Below are positions 10,966 to 23,619 of a stretch of DNA of 64,000 nt, piece after piece. The DNA comes from Oculina patagonica (taxonomy: Eukaryota): the NCBI RefSeq assembly GCF_052425735.1, contig NC_135768.1, positions 7,440,001-7,504,000 on the forward strand, read 5' to 3'. The position numbers and the translations under genes are program-made. Positions within the stretch are counted from its first letter, which is position 1, and every line of letters begins with the position of its first letter. Under the pieces are notes generated by a model. It saw nothing but the letters and a program-made list of their open reading frames with translations. It searched no databases and was not told where the DNA came from.

Positions 10966-13785
10966 TCATCTTAATTCTTCTGGACCATCAAGGTCAGTCT
11001 TTTTTGTGTCTAGACATTTTTTGATAAAAAAGGTTACATTACAAAGCAACACCAAAATGGCGCCACCAATACTCAGACCATTTGGAATGACATCAAGTAC
11101 TATTAGCTGAAGAATAAATGAAAAACCTATTCCCGTTGTGCGTACCAATGAAACGACTGATGCTTTTTCCATAGTCAGGGCCTTTGTCGCAGCCAACTGC
11201 CCACAGTAACCAAGGGCTCCAGCCACAAGTATGAAAAGTATGTCATGAGTTCCACAGTCTGGGTATTTAAACCCAGAGATCAAAGAACCTGCAAGGCCCA
11301 TGATTGATCCAACGAGGCCAAAATAAAACACCACTACTCTTGTTGCCCCCGCAGGGTTTTGGCCCAGAGGCCAAAACCCGAGGAGGCATCATTGTAATCC
11401 GCGCGAATATAGAGTATATATATAGTATATACCAGGAAAATTAACGATTTGACCAAAGTGAGCGCGCAAATGGTATCGGGAGTTGTGCAATGCCGACAAG
11501 GTTGAAAGCCCGCAAGTGGGTATCGGGAGGTGTGATAAAATTGCCTGTACGGTGATTGGTCAATGATGACGCAAGTAAACGATGACTGGGTGATGATGAC
11601 AACCCAAAGCGTGAGCACGTGCACAGATGACAACAAGTAAACAAACGAAGCTTGTAAGATTGATTGCAGTTGGGCAGAATTTTGAAAAAGATAATTATAT
11701 TTGAGGTTTTATTCGAGGCCTATTCATTTCACAATGTCTAAAAGCCGAAAGCAATGCAATTGTTGAAAAGACTTCGCGATAATTAACTAAGTAACTCGCA
11801 GAGAAGTAAGAAAATCCACATTTTTTACATCTGAGTGGCCGAAGAAGAAATATGTCTAGGAACACGTACGAACATATCAAGCCATATCTTCAAATTTGTC
11901 TGCGATTTGCGATCGATAAGCAAGCCTTAGTCCAAAACCGCGATTTACCAAGCGCAAACTACTTGAACGGAGAAAAGCCTTGATCAGTCTATCTCCGGAC
12001 GAGATTTACAAGAAATTTAAAAAAAGATCTCGAGATAATTGTTTAAGACTCGCCGCAGGCGAAACCGGAAACCAGAAGCGAGCGACTTTTAGAAAGTCAA
12101 GCGTTTTCATTGTCAAAGGTGAGAAATTCTTTCGGTATCCTTTCCTTTTAAAAAGTTGATCGTTGTCATGAAGCGTGATTTACGATAAGAAAGCCTTTGT
12201 CCAACTGACCGTGATTTACCAGGCACAAACTACTGGAATGGAGAAAACTTCAAAAGTCTTGATCGGTCCACTTCCGGACGAAATTTTAATTTTACAAGAT
12301 GATATGCGGCATCAAGAAAAGAAATTCAAAAGAGATCTTGAGATGCATTGTGATTATTTAAAACTCGCGGCAGGCGTTTGCTTTGACAGAGGTAAGAAAT
12401 TCTTTCGACATCCTTTTCTTCCTAAAGATTGATCATTCTCATGTCATTCTTCATGCTGGGGCTCTCAGCCCATATATTTATAAAACAATTGGGCCGGCTC
12501 AAATGGTAATTTTAAAACGTTTTGCTGTTTCTAAAGTTTATCCTCGCTGAGATCAAGACTTTACCACAGTGAAGTGAGTTCGATTCGAGCCCGCAAAGCG
12601 GCCCATTCAAAGCGACGAAGTCGCGAAAACGAGCCACGCAAGCCGCGATAGGTCGACCGTCCCGGCGTGTTAAATTAATAAAGACTAGCTTGAGTCTAGC
12701 TGAGATCCCCCACCACAGCAAAAGATGACAAAATGATGTCAAGATGCTGTTGCGTTCTTGTAATTAAATGATTTACCGTATCATAATTAATAATCATCCA
12801 AAATAGAAAATTAATTTACAATCAAATGTCTGAATTGTAGAAAAGGATGAACAGCAAAGAAAAACCGATAAACATCGTCGAAACTTCGGGGGCAACCTAG
12901 TGTCAGCTATTTCTAGTACCAACTTGTTGAGACATTTTGCGTGTCAAAATAACGGGAAAAGGCTGTAAAAATTGCTGCGGAGACAGCGACAATGGTGGGC
13001 ACCCAAGCTTGTTTGGAGCTAGAACTTTTGCCCAGAGAGCCAAACAAGAAGGTAGGCCTTCCAATTAACACCACCCCTCCTAAGCTTAGCACCATAGCTA
13101 TTACATCAAACTTGCTCACTGGTTCTTTTAGAAACATGCGTCCCAGAATGGCTGTAAACACGGGAGTGGTGTAATATATCACCCTAGCATCCGCTAAAGG
13201 CATATGTTTAACAGCATAAACCATTAAGGTCACTGACGCGGTGCCAGTTACCCCGCGAAGCAATAAATATTTGCTCTGCTTCCACGGATAAATAAACTTA
13301 TCTTTGAAGAATATCATTGCTGGAAGTGAAAATATCAGCTGTAATGTTAGCCGAAAGAATACTACCTCAAGACTCGGGATGCTTTCAGCAAGTTTAACCA
13401 TCAATGTGCTAACAGAAAAGAACAAAGACGCAATGATGGCTAAGACAATCCCTGAAAAGGCGACCTTATTTCTGGTCGGGGGTTTGATCTTCGTGGCTAG
13501 CGCTGTTCTGTTACGATCTCTTGCCGAATCCAGACCATCGTGTAGCTCTATAGCATAATCATTTGCTGTCTTTGCACTGCGTGTGTTAACATGACTCGTC
13601 TCTAGCGACCGATCTGTTATTCGATTAGTCGTGTTTTTCTCTGTACTACTTTTCTCTTCATCTTTACGGCAAACTTCCTCCTGTAGAGGGTCTCTGACGT
13701 TGTTTTCAAACAAGCGTTCGTCCTGGAGTCCCAGGATCCTCTTTCGAAGTCTGGTTATCAATGGAGAGAAAATGTTCGCTGCCAT
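10966..13785 (-). pseudogene. SLC35G1: SLC35G1-like (EamA/DMT) copy 1, disrupted
   Basis: 5' part 13785-12918 and 3' part ~11341-10966 align with the intact paralogs. +1 frameshift (extra G at 12954-12956) and a ~1.57-kb insertion at the GT|RVVV junction. Confidence 0.8.
11342..12917. mobile_element. Helentron/HINE-like rolling-circle non-autonomous element inserted in SLC35G1 copy 1
   Basis: No TSD when compared with the paralog empty site ctactcttgtacc. 10-bp subterminal IR gttgcccccg/cgggggcaac, hairpin gggttttggcc-caga-ggccaaaaccc near the left end, CTAG(T) right end, internal ~265-bp tandem dimer (~11905-12445). Confidence 0.65.
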
Positions 13786-14058
13786 TTCTTTAGGGTAAGC
13801 CTATATTAAGTTCCCAATTTAAAAACTGTTCGTTTATTGTGGGACATGATTTTTCTGTTTGATTTCAATCTTGTTTGTGCTTTTTCTGCTCTGTTCAATT
13901 TTTTACATCCGGGCTACTAACGTGGCTGAGGACATCACGCAACGCTTTAGACGGGGGGGTTGAGGATAAAGAATAAATCTTCGTTCGCCGCGTGGCACTT
14001 ATAATTGTGAAGATTGAGAATAAACGTTATTTAAAGTGCCAATTTAAGTTCTTTCTAA

Positions 14059-14093
14059 ACCAAACGTTTCGGGCTTAGCCCTTCATCAGTGGT
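14059..14093 (-). ncRNA. Minimal hammerhead motif of Penelope-like element type
   Basis: ACCA-CUGAUGA-A-GGGC(UAA)GCCC-GAAA-CG-UU-UGGU on the minus strand; vestigial palindromic stem III. Confidence 0.65.
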
Positions 14094-14508
14094 AAAGTAA
14101 TCGTTCATTGTAGCCTGCGAACGCAGACGTATTTTCCGGCTGTCGTTTCTGCATGTAACGGTTGTAGCCCGGATGTCAAAAAGCACGGTCAACACGGCCC
14201 AGACGAAATAGCCTTGAAGCATGCAGGCTCTCCCTTTTTTCGTGTAGAGAGCCTGCCAGACGAAATATTGCAAAGCACAAAGGATTTGTTAAAATCATGT
14301 CCTAAAATGAACAAACTTACATGGTAGCAAAATTTTCCCTCCATGACTTCATTATGTATAAAAAAATTTATTAAATTGAGGTCCCACGCTGTATTAAATC
14401 CGACCACAGGGACCTTAAATCCTAATGTCATTAAATCCTATAAATTATTCTAAGATCTTCTAATGTTCATGTTTCCTGATTTCTTTAAACTGCATTTCTT
14501 TAACTTTT

Positions 14509-15035
14509 TCAAGTCAAGTCAATCTTTATTTATTCACACGGTAAAAAGAATCATCAGTTAAGCTATAAATTTTTTTTTAAAAAAAAAGCATAACACTCTG
14601 TTTTACATGATTGCCGTGTGGGAATCCAATATGTCAGAGATTCGATTTATGATTTCTCGTTAAAAGTGCCCAATGGAGCCAACATCCCTCATTTGCTGGG
14701 GCAAATTGTTCCATAGAAGGGCCCCACTATAACTCAGTAAAACTTCGTTTTAAATAGTTTGTGTGTGGCTTGGGCAGGTCAAGTTTACCCTCGAGATTTC
14801 TTAAATTGTAATCTGCGCGGCGGGTAGTGAATAATTGGTACAAGTACTCTGGGGCAAGTTTGTGTATTGATTTAAACATCATCAATGCTTTATGCGTCTG
14901 ACAACGTTTAAATAACTTCTCCCACTTGAGTTTTTCCAAAAGGAGGTTCGAGCTCGTATCATAAGGCGATTTGGTAATCACTCTGGCTGCGCGATTTTGG
15001 AGTTTTTGCAGGTTATCGCTTAACTGGTTGCTCAA
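14509..15035 (-). mobile_element. CR1/L2-clade LINE 3' fragment
   Basis: LQKLQNRAARVIT...LKW...LAPEYL...YNLRN...LPKPHTNYLKRSF is a typical ORF2 C-terminus. 3' end aataaa plus (gactt)n tail. Confidence 0.8.
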
Positions 15036-15164
15036 ATATCTTTCAAAAGATATTACAAAATTTAGTACAAGCCAAATACCAGCATGCTAAAGAAGTCATG
15101 TATAGGTTTAATTAATTTAAAAACTATAAATCTGCAATCTCACAATCATTACTCTAGACATAGT

Positions 15165-15487
15165 ATCAAAGAATTTATACCATGCCTTAGAAAATACAGC
15201 CAATCAGAATACAGGAAAGCCGTTGTATATTCGACGGTATTCAACCCAACCTTCCCATCGTGCGCTGCGATCTTATTCTCGATGAAATTAAGTAAGCGTA
15301 TTTTCTATGACATGGTATAAAATAGTTACACAACACTTTCTCGTGGTATACTATGGAATATCCCACTTGTCACTTGTATTTTCTTCGCATACACACTCGC
15401 CTAAAGGCTCGTGTGTATACCGAGAAAATACAAGTGACTCGTGGGATATTCCATAGTATACCACTCGAAAGCGTTGCATAACTAGTA
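15165..15487. mobile_element. Small non-autonomous repeat with internal hairpin and CTAG end (Helitron/Helentron-like)
   Basis: Inverted ggaatatcccacttgtcacttgtattttct / agaaaatacaagtgactcgtgggatattcc; ends gcataactag. Confidence 0.45.
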
Positions 15488-16843
15488 TATATATACAATC
15501 AAAAATCTTGGGTGTTGTGCCTCTTGGGTGGGGCAGCCCCCATATAAAAAGAACGCTTTGTGGACCTGATTTGAATTCAATTTTGACCTTAACGATGCCC
15601 TGAGAAATTTTTGAATCAATTTAGCACCTTAACGTTTGTACCTACTCAAAATTGTAGCTTTAAAGACTAGAGAATGCCAAAAACTAAAAGACAGTGCAGG
15701 CCCGTAGCCTTACACGAAATGCTATCAGGGGCGTTACAAAGCCAGCTTTTTTAAGAGCTGTAGACCTGGTCAACTGGCCCGTAAGGGCCGCCGTTTTCGA
15801 GGATCCAGCAGGGGGTATGCTTCCATGGGGATTTTTTTTTTTTTTCAGATAAAGACCCTTGAAAAGGCCTTCTTTTTTACTTTTTGGTGATTTTACTTGT
15901 ATATTGGCAGCACATAAAGTCTAAGATTTCACAACAGAGGATTGCACTTATTTTCACTTATTCCTATATCAACGAGCTTTTCTTTAACGTCACATATCAT
16001 TGTACATGTTTGCATTGGTCCGGAGTTTTCACTTGCGCGATGAGCCTTGATCTCATCGCGAAAGGGTAGAGATATGTGATCCTTACCTGTAAATATTGCT
16101 TTTCATTTTATCTTGAAAAAAGCTCCAGCCTGAACTGAAAAATACGATGCTGAAAAATTTGTATACCCTGGAGTACTAGCCTATATGCTGGCTACGCCAT
16201 TACCACTGTTACGTATCAGAGTTAGTTGTCTACGGGGTGTAAGTGAGCTCAACAGCCTACTTTCGCGTCAAGGTGCACAGGGGTATCATAATGGATGCAT
16301 AGAAGAGCAAGGTTAGACAAGCGACTTTCCCCATCGATGCTCGCATTTAGTTGCTACAGCATGCAGATGTTGATGGCTTTAAAAATGAGACTTTTGCATA
16401 CTAGAATTAAATTTTAAGCGTTTTGCTTAAGCCTACCATTCGAATTCTCATAACTTGCTGAAATTTGTTAAAAGGGCCGCAATATAATTATTTTCAAATC
16501 AGTGGAATCAATATGAGATGCATTTGTGTCACGATCTGCCTTTGGTTCTAGTCTGAAAACCGGAAAGAGGGGAATACAGGTGAAAGGTTTACTAGTTTAT
16601 TATGTCATTTTTGTTGAAAATAAATACAAATAACGTCAGTGAAAATTCTTTTAAGCGGACAATATGCTGTATCTTTTCGCAGACCGGACCTTTTCAGTCA
16701 GTAGGGGCGGGGGGAGTTTCCTCCGAATCCCCCCAGCCTACGGGCCTGAGTGTTGACATTCAACACACATTTTAATCCCTAGTAAATTGTTGATGAATAC
16801 AATAACAATCAACACACGCTTTGTTACCAAAAAAAAGTTAGAT

Positions 16844-17216
16844 TTACATTTCAAACATATACTAATACACAAATTGGCAAACTTACTCAGTACAACTAAG
16901 TACAGTACAGGGATGGCAGAGCATTTTTCCAAGTGGGGGGACTGACTAGTGACTTGAAGTTGGGGGGGGGGGGGGCTTAAAAGACTCTTCTCTTAGTAAG
17001 TCTTTATTTTTTTCCAAAATTCTGGGGGGAATCTACATTTCAAACATATACTAATACACAAATTGGCAAACTTACTCAGTACAACTAAGTACAGTACAGG
17101 GATGGCAGAGCATTTTTCCAAGGTGGGGGGACTGACTAGTGACTTGAAGTGGGGGGGGGAGCTTAAAAGACTCTTCTCTTAGTAAGTCTTTATTTTTTCC
17201 AAAATTCTGGGGGGAA
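16844..17216. repeat. Near-identical ~187-bp tandem duplication containing the left end of a hAT-like MITE
   Basis: Units 16844-17030 and 17034-17216 differ mainly in homopolymer lengths. cagggatggcagagc pairs with gctctgccgtctct near 17240. Confidence 0.75.
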
Positions 17217-18432
17217 GCCCCCAGCCCCCCCCCCCCCCGGCTCTGCCGTCTCTCTAGTGTTCACATTATATGAGGGGGGGAGAGCGGGAAGGCAAACGGT
17301 ATATGAGGTTGTTAGGCACTTAAAAGCAAGAAAAAAGAAAAAGAAAGTATGTTATAACTATAAACAAAGCAATAAATAAATAAACAAATAAATAAATAAT
17401 AAAATAAATAAATAATTGAATTAGAGTAAATAAGCAAACAATGGGTGCAAGTTGTAAACTCATAGACGGTAACTTTATCATATTCCTTGTGTCAACAAAG
17501 AAATCTGAACTTCAAAAAGAGTATTGTGGTCTTGTCCAAATAACATCAACATAAATATCAATAAATTTTCAAGCTAAAATGAAAAATTATACCATTATAT
17601 AGGATCTGCACTTCTATTATTTGCTCAAAAGATTTTTCTAGTCAACTGAACTTTATTCTTCTGGAGTCTGGACAATCAAGAGCCTCACTATGGGTATTTC
17701 TGAAGAAAAAAAACAAAGATGCAAAGATTACCGCTGCAAAAATAAAAATCTCAAGATTGAAGCAAAGATCTGAAATTGGCGGAAATTGCAGTGATCAAAT
17801 TGATCAACCAGATATAAAACTGTCAAATAAGTCATAAACACTACAGAAAATACCTGTAACTTCTGAATTTTGGCATTTGACCACATTTCACTGCGATTTC
17901 GACAACAGTGGTTTACAGTTACTGCTGCGAAACCACATGAAGCCATTACAGGGCTCAAACGTTTAAACCGTTTCAATCCATTAAACGAAGATCTGCTTAA
18001 AAGAACGAAGATTGCATAAAGTCAACTTTTTCTTAGACGGACACCGTCAGGACCGGCTACAACTGTCTGTCTCTGAGAGGTGTCTGTCTGATTGGGAGTC
18101 GAGTTACACAATACAGTAAAATGACTGAAGAATGGCAGCGACAGGACCAATGCCCGTTGTTCATTTTACAGAGGTGCGGAGAGTTGACTGTAGTTCCATA
18201 AATTATCCATACCTCCACCACGGAAGAGATTTTTCCTAAGACCCCCTACCCCTCTGGAAATTCCAATTAAGCTTCATGCATTTCCTTAAAGTGTTTGTCT
18301 TTTGAGACCCCTCCAACCGCCAAAAAACTTCCAATCCCTTCGGTGGGGGAAGTATGGACATTTTCTGGAACCCCACAGCTGCAAAAAATTGCAAAGAAAA
18401 CAAAGACCATGGGTACCCATAGAGAGGCTCAA

Positions 18433-19847
18433 TTATTGGTCAGTCTTTTTTGTGTCTAGCCATTTCTTGATGAAAAAGGTAACATTACAAAGCAACACCA
18501 GAATGGCACCACCAATACTCAGTCCATTTGGAATGACATCTAGTACTATTAGCTGAAGAATAAATGAAAAAGCAATTCCTATTGTGTGTACCAATGAAAC
18601 CACTAAGGCTTTTTCCATAGTCAGGGCCTTTGTAACAATCAACTGCCCACAATAACTAAGAGCCCCTGACGCAAGAATGTAAAGTGTGTCATGGGTTCCA
18701 TAAGCTGGGTATTTAAATCCAGAAATCCAAGGACCTGCAAAGCTGATGATAGATCCAACGAGGGCAAAATAAAACACCACTACTCTTGTACCAACTTCTT
18801 GGGACATTTTGCGCGTCAGGATGACAGAAATAGCTGTAAAAATTGCTGCATTGACAGCAACAAGGGTAGGCACCCAGGCTTGTTTGGAGCTGGAAGTCTT
18901 GTCCAGAGAGCCAAACAAGAAGGTAGGCCTTCCAATTAACACCACCCCTCCTATGCTGAGCACCATAGCAATAACATCGAACTTGCTCACTGATTCTTTG
19001 AGGAAAATACGTCCAAGAATTGCTGTAAACACAGGAGAGGTATAAAATATCACTTTAGCATCCGCTAACGGCATATGTTTAACAGCATAAATAACAAAAA
19101 ACATAGCCATGGTGCCGGTTACCCCGCGAAGCAATAAATATTTACTCTGCTTCCAAGGATAAATAAACTCATCTTTGAAGGAAACCATTGCTGCAAGTGA
19201 AAATGCCAGCTGTATTGTTAACCGGAAAAATGTCACCTCCAGACTTGGGATGCTTTCAGCTAGTTTAACCATCAGTGCGCTTACAGAAAAGAACAAGGAC
19301 GCAATGATAGTTAAGACGATTCCTAAAAAGGCGATTCCATTTCTTGTCGGGATTTTGATCTTCGTGGCTAGCGCTGTTTTGTTTTGATCTCTCGCCGACT
19401 TCAAACTATCGTGGAGCTCTATAACATAATCATTTGCTGTATTTCCACTGCGTGTGTAGTAACTGCGTGTTTTAACATGCCTCGTCTCTGGCACTCTTGT
19501 ATTTCTGTGCAATACTTTTGTCTTGAACTTCACTGAAATCTTCCCCTTGCAAAGGGAATCTTACGTCGTTTTCGAACAGGCGTTCCTCCTGGGACTTCTC
19601 TTTGCCACGTACCAAGGTATGTAAATTGCACATTTCAGATCATGTGGTGTTTTCCGGAGAATTGTTCCTTTGTCTATATGGAAATTATTAAATTATTCAT
19701 TCCTTTCCACTTGAATTTGTTTGAATTTGAAAGAGATAATTCTCAAGGGTAATAAACATCACATGGTCTGAAATGGGACAACAAACAAACGAAGCTAAAG
19801 AGGTCTATTCCGAAGTCTGGTTATCAATACAATAGAGAAAAGATTTA
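18433..19847 (-). pseudogene. SLC35G1: SLC35G1-like copy 2, 5'-disrupted (transmembrane core still open 18433-19533)
   Basis: The KIFS..LITRLR-like start region at ~19812-19847 lacks the ATG. MITE fragment at ~19610-19810, frameshift near 19500, and last codons displaced to ~17610-17670 by a further insertion. Confidence 0.7.
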
Positions 19848-20084
19848 CATCCGGGCCTTGGCGTCACGCAACGCTTGTGACCTGTTGCGTTATTTTCCAT
19901 TCCTTCCAAACCGGGGGATTGGGGAGAATGTGTTGCGTGACGTCCTCTATTAACCCGGATGTTAAAAAGCACAGTCGATGCAACAGGCGAAAATTATTGC
20001 AACGCGCGAAGAATTTGTTGTTGAAATCATGTCTTATAATGGACAAACTGTTTTTAACTAGGGAAGTTATTATACCTTATAGAC

Positions 20085-21293
20085 ATGGCAGCGAAAATTT
20101 TCTCTCCGTTGATAGCCAGACTTCGGAGGAGGTTCCAGGGCGAACGCCTGAGGGAAAACGACGTAATCTTCCTTCTACGAGAGAACGATTTCAGTGAAGT
20201 TCAACAGAATGGTCTCTCAGAGAAAAACACGACTGATCCAACGACAGAGGTGAACCATGTTAACGCAGGTAGTACAAGTACCGCAAATGATTATGCTATA
20301 GAGCTACAGGACGGTGTGGATTTAGCGAGAGATCGAAACAGAACAGCGCTAGCCACGAACGTCAAAGCCCCGACAAGAAATAGGGTCGCCTTTTTAGGAA
20401 TCATCTTAGCTATAATTGCGTCTTTGATCCTTTCATTTGGCGCATTGATGATTAAACTTGCTAAAAGCATCCCGAGTCTTGAGGTAGTATTCTTCCGACT
20501 AACATTACAGCTCATATTTTCACTTCCAGCAATGATATTCTTCAAAGATAAGTTTATTTATCCTTGGAAGCAGACAAAATATTTATTGCTTCGCGGGGCT
20601 ACCGGCACCACGGCTATGACTTTAATGGTTTATGCTGTTAAACATATGCCCTTGGCGGACGCTAGGGTGATATTTTACACCTCTCCCGTGTTTACAGCCA
20701 TTTTTGGACGCATTTTTCTGAAAGAATCAGTGAGCAAGTTTGATGTAATAGCTATGTTTCTAAGCATAGGAGGGGTGGTGTTAATTGGAAGGCCTACCTT
20801 CTTGTTTGGCTCCCTGGGCAAGGCTTCAAGCGACAACCAGGTTTTGGTACCAACCCTTCTCGCTGTCACCTCTGCAATCTTTATGGCTTTGTCTATCATC
20901 CTCATACGCAAAATGTCCCAAGAAGTTGGTACAAGAGTAGTGGTGTTTTATTTTCCCCTTGTTGGATCAATCATCAGCCTCGCAGGTTCTTTGATTTCTG
21001 GATTTAAATACCCTGACTGTGGAACACATGACGCTGTTTACATGCTTGCAGTTGGCGCTCTTGGTTATACAGGGCAAATGATTTCAACAAAGGCCTTGAC
21101 TATGGAAAAAGCATCAGTCATTTCATTGGTTCGCACGATAGGCGTTGCTTTTTCATTTATTCTTCAGCTAATATTTCTAGATGTCATTCCAAATGGTCTG
21201 AGTATTGGTGGCGCCATTCTTGTCTTGCTGTGTAATGTTACTGTTTTTATCAAGAAATTTCTAGACACAAAAAACAGGAACCTAGAACAGTAA
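20085..21293 (+). CDS. SLC35G1: SLC35G1-like (TMEM20/POST, EamA-repeat transporter) copy 3, intact, intronless, 402 aa
   Basis: About ten hydrophobic segments; motifs LLLRG, YAVKHMPLADA, SPVFTAIFGRIFLKE, GVVLIGRPTFLFG, ALTMEKA, PNGLSIGGA. Confidence 0.9.
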   Translation: MAAKIFSPLIARLRRRFQGERLRENDVIFLLRENDFSEVQQNGLSEKNTTDPTTEVNHVNAGSTSTANDYAIELQDGVDLARDRNRTALATNVKAPTRNRVAFLGIILAIIASLILSFGALMIKLAKSIPSLEVVFFRLTLQLIFSLPAMIFFKDKFIYPWKQTKYLLLRGATGTTAMTLMVYAVKHMPLADARVIFYTSPVFTAIFGRIFLKESVSKFDVIAMFLSIGGVVLIGRPTFLFGSLGKASSDNQVLVPTLLAVTSAIFMALSIILIRKMSQEVGTRVVVFYFPLVGSIISLAGSLISGFKYPDCGTHDAVYMLAVGALGYTGQMISTKALTMEKASVISLVRTIGVAFSFILQLIFLDVIPNGLSIGGAILVLLCNVTVFIKKFLDTKNRNLEQ

Positions 21294-22522
21294 AGACATT
21301 CAAGAAAAATCCCAGGAGCATTCCCATCACCTCAATATGGTGTCTGCCCCACCTTAGGGTACACACCCAAGAGTTATAATTTGGAGATTGCAAATCTACA
21401 ATTTTAAAGCAGTTTTCAATCGATGTAAAACATCTTTAAAGAATCATGCATCCTGGTACATGGATTTTGTTTGCCCCCGCTTGATGATCAACTTTTTTCA
21501 AACATATTTAAAAAGTTCAACAAAACGTAAAATTCTGCCCACACAACATCTATTAAAATATGGGCTTATACAACTTTATAAGGGTTTTTGGGTGGGCTTA
21601 TAAATGGGAGGGCTTATATTTGGGGGTGGGGGGGGGGGGCTTATCGCCGAATAAAAAAAATGTTTCCAAATGAGGTTCAGTTACAGCAGCAATAATATAA
21701 TATATAGCTGAACCCTGCTAACTAATTTGAACTCGGTTATTTCAAATTCCCTTGAATTTGCCCTTCAGTCATTTACTATCGGCTTTTTCAAACTCCCGCT
21801 ATTTCGAACTATTTTTTGTTTCCCCTGACGGTTCAAAATAACGGGGTTCAACTGTATATTGAAAAAAACACCACTATGGACCGAATGTAGTTTTAGTGGT
21901 CTATTTTCCAGTGAAACACTTGTATTTAAATAATAATTAAAAAAGTAATACATATTTTTGTTTTGAAGCAAAAAAAATTTAAATATTCTTGTTATCAAGA
22001 ATTAAACTGTTAGGATCATGGCATGTTTTGCTGATGGAGTATGGTATTTTATAAAGCACAATTAAACTAGTGTATTCAGTAGAAATATAATAATATTTTT
22101 GTAGAATAATTTTATAAAATTAATTAAATTTTTAGGTCATTAAATTAATCATTGTAAAAGAAATATAAGTAAATGTCAGGACATTTTTACTTATAAAATG
22201 TTTTACTAAGGAGTGTACTTTTAAAACTAGACTGAGTATCTTTGCTGAAAATAAAAAATTCTATCTGTTCTTTTTGTAATAATATTTAGTCTCATCAGGG
22301 TGTGCTCAGTCTACAGTGAGCGGCAACGGTGTTGAGACATTCGGCACTTTTTGAGTACTGTGGACAAATTTTACCCTTCACCCCTTCAATATAACCCCCT
22401 CCCCCAAAAACAATGAAAAGGGGGAGGGGGAGTGGTTCACAGGCTGTAACGGATTTGAAGTGGAAAAATGGGAATGTTTAATTTAGTATACATTCCAACT
22501 AACTGTCTCAAGGATTTTTGTC

Positions 22523-22617
22523 GCTCATTGTAGTACCCACTGCTCATTGTAGTACCAACTGCTCATTGTAGTACCAACTGCTCATTGTAGTACCCACTGC
22601 TCATTGTAGTACCCACT
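22523..22617. repeat. 19-bp minisatellite, 5 copies, at the right end of a MITE-like element (~22311-22533)
   Basis: gctcattgtagtacc(c/a)act x5. The first half of the unit is the element end, complementary to ctacagtgagcg at ~22311. Confidence 0.85.
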
Positions 22618-23619
22618 GAGGCAATCTCTCCTTAAGTCATCAGATGTCAAAGTTATGATTTATATTTAGGAAAGTTTTGTTTTACAAAGGCTCCAATTAA
22701 TAAACCCTATTTAAAGTTAGAAGATTAAAACTTGACACCTTATTCAAGAACAAAACAATAACTAAGGATTGTGTGAAGAGGTCTTTATATTAACAGCAAA
22801 ATATTGTGTTGTCACGCTTTCTAGTTCTCTGAGAGGGTATAAGAAGTAATTTACCTTTTTTGTGCCGTTTATTATTCTTCTTTTGGTTATATATGTCAGT
22901 TGCCCTTTAGACATCATTGATATTGGTGTTAAAATTCTTTTGTATTTTAAACACGAGATCCCTGTTAAGGGCAGCTTGAAAAGGAAGTTTGGGAATGTTT
23001 GTAACGTCAAGAAAACTCAACATCCGCACTCAGTCATGAAATTGGATGCCATGTTTTCTCATAAAAAAAAAAAAAACAAAGGGCTGAATTTTCAAAAAAA
23101 AAAAACATTTTAAGAATGGAAAATCATGTTTTGGTCTTAAATAAACCAAAAAATTTCAAAGAATACCCTATTCCTCATATCTTATCTGGATACGGGTTAC
23201 ACGGAAATTATCTGCATTCTGTTCCTGGCTGGTTGGCGTGCAACAATACGGTATTTAAATTTGTGGACAAATGTTGGCAGTCTGTCTGGTGAGTACTAAA
23301 GCACAGGCACTTATATGAGGGTGTCAATGGGGTTAACTGCTTAGCGTATAAAGGACTGTTTTCGCTATCGTAAGCGTATAAATTACAAAATATTAACTGA
23401 CAAGCGTATAAATGCATGTGATTTTTAAGCGTATATGGAGCAAAGCCGACCAATAAAAGTTAGAAATTGATAAAAAGAAATGAAGATTTTTTGAGAATAA
23501 CAAGATTATTGTGAAATAAAAAAGAAAGAAATGTTTCTTGTCAAGCTTGTAACCCCTTTGGGCGGTACGGTTGAATTCCTAACACACCTTGGGGACCTAT
23601 TTCGTAACTTTGGAATTTA

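Noticed and set aside
11342-12917. Insertion acting as an intron that rescues SLC35G1 copy 1
   Set aside because: The nearest GT/AG combinations on the minus strand give immediate stop codons, and an upstream frameshift exists.
15698-16748. Single hAT element bounded by caggcccgtag / ctacgggcctg
   Set aside because: Flanks give no matching 8-bp TSD; likely ends of two separate decayed copies.
22523-22617. CRISPR-like short repeat array
   Set aside because: Head-to-tail 19-bp units with no unique spacers, no cas genes, eukaryotic context.
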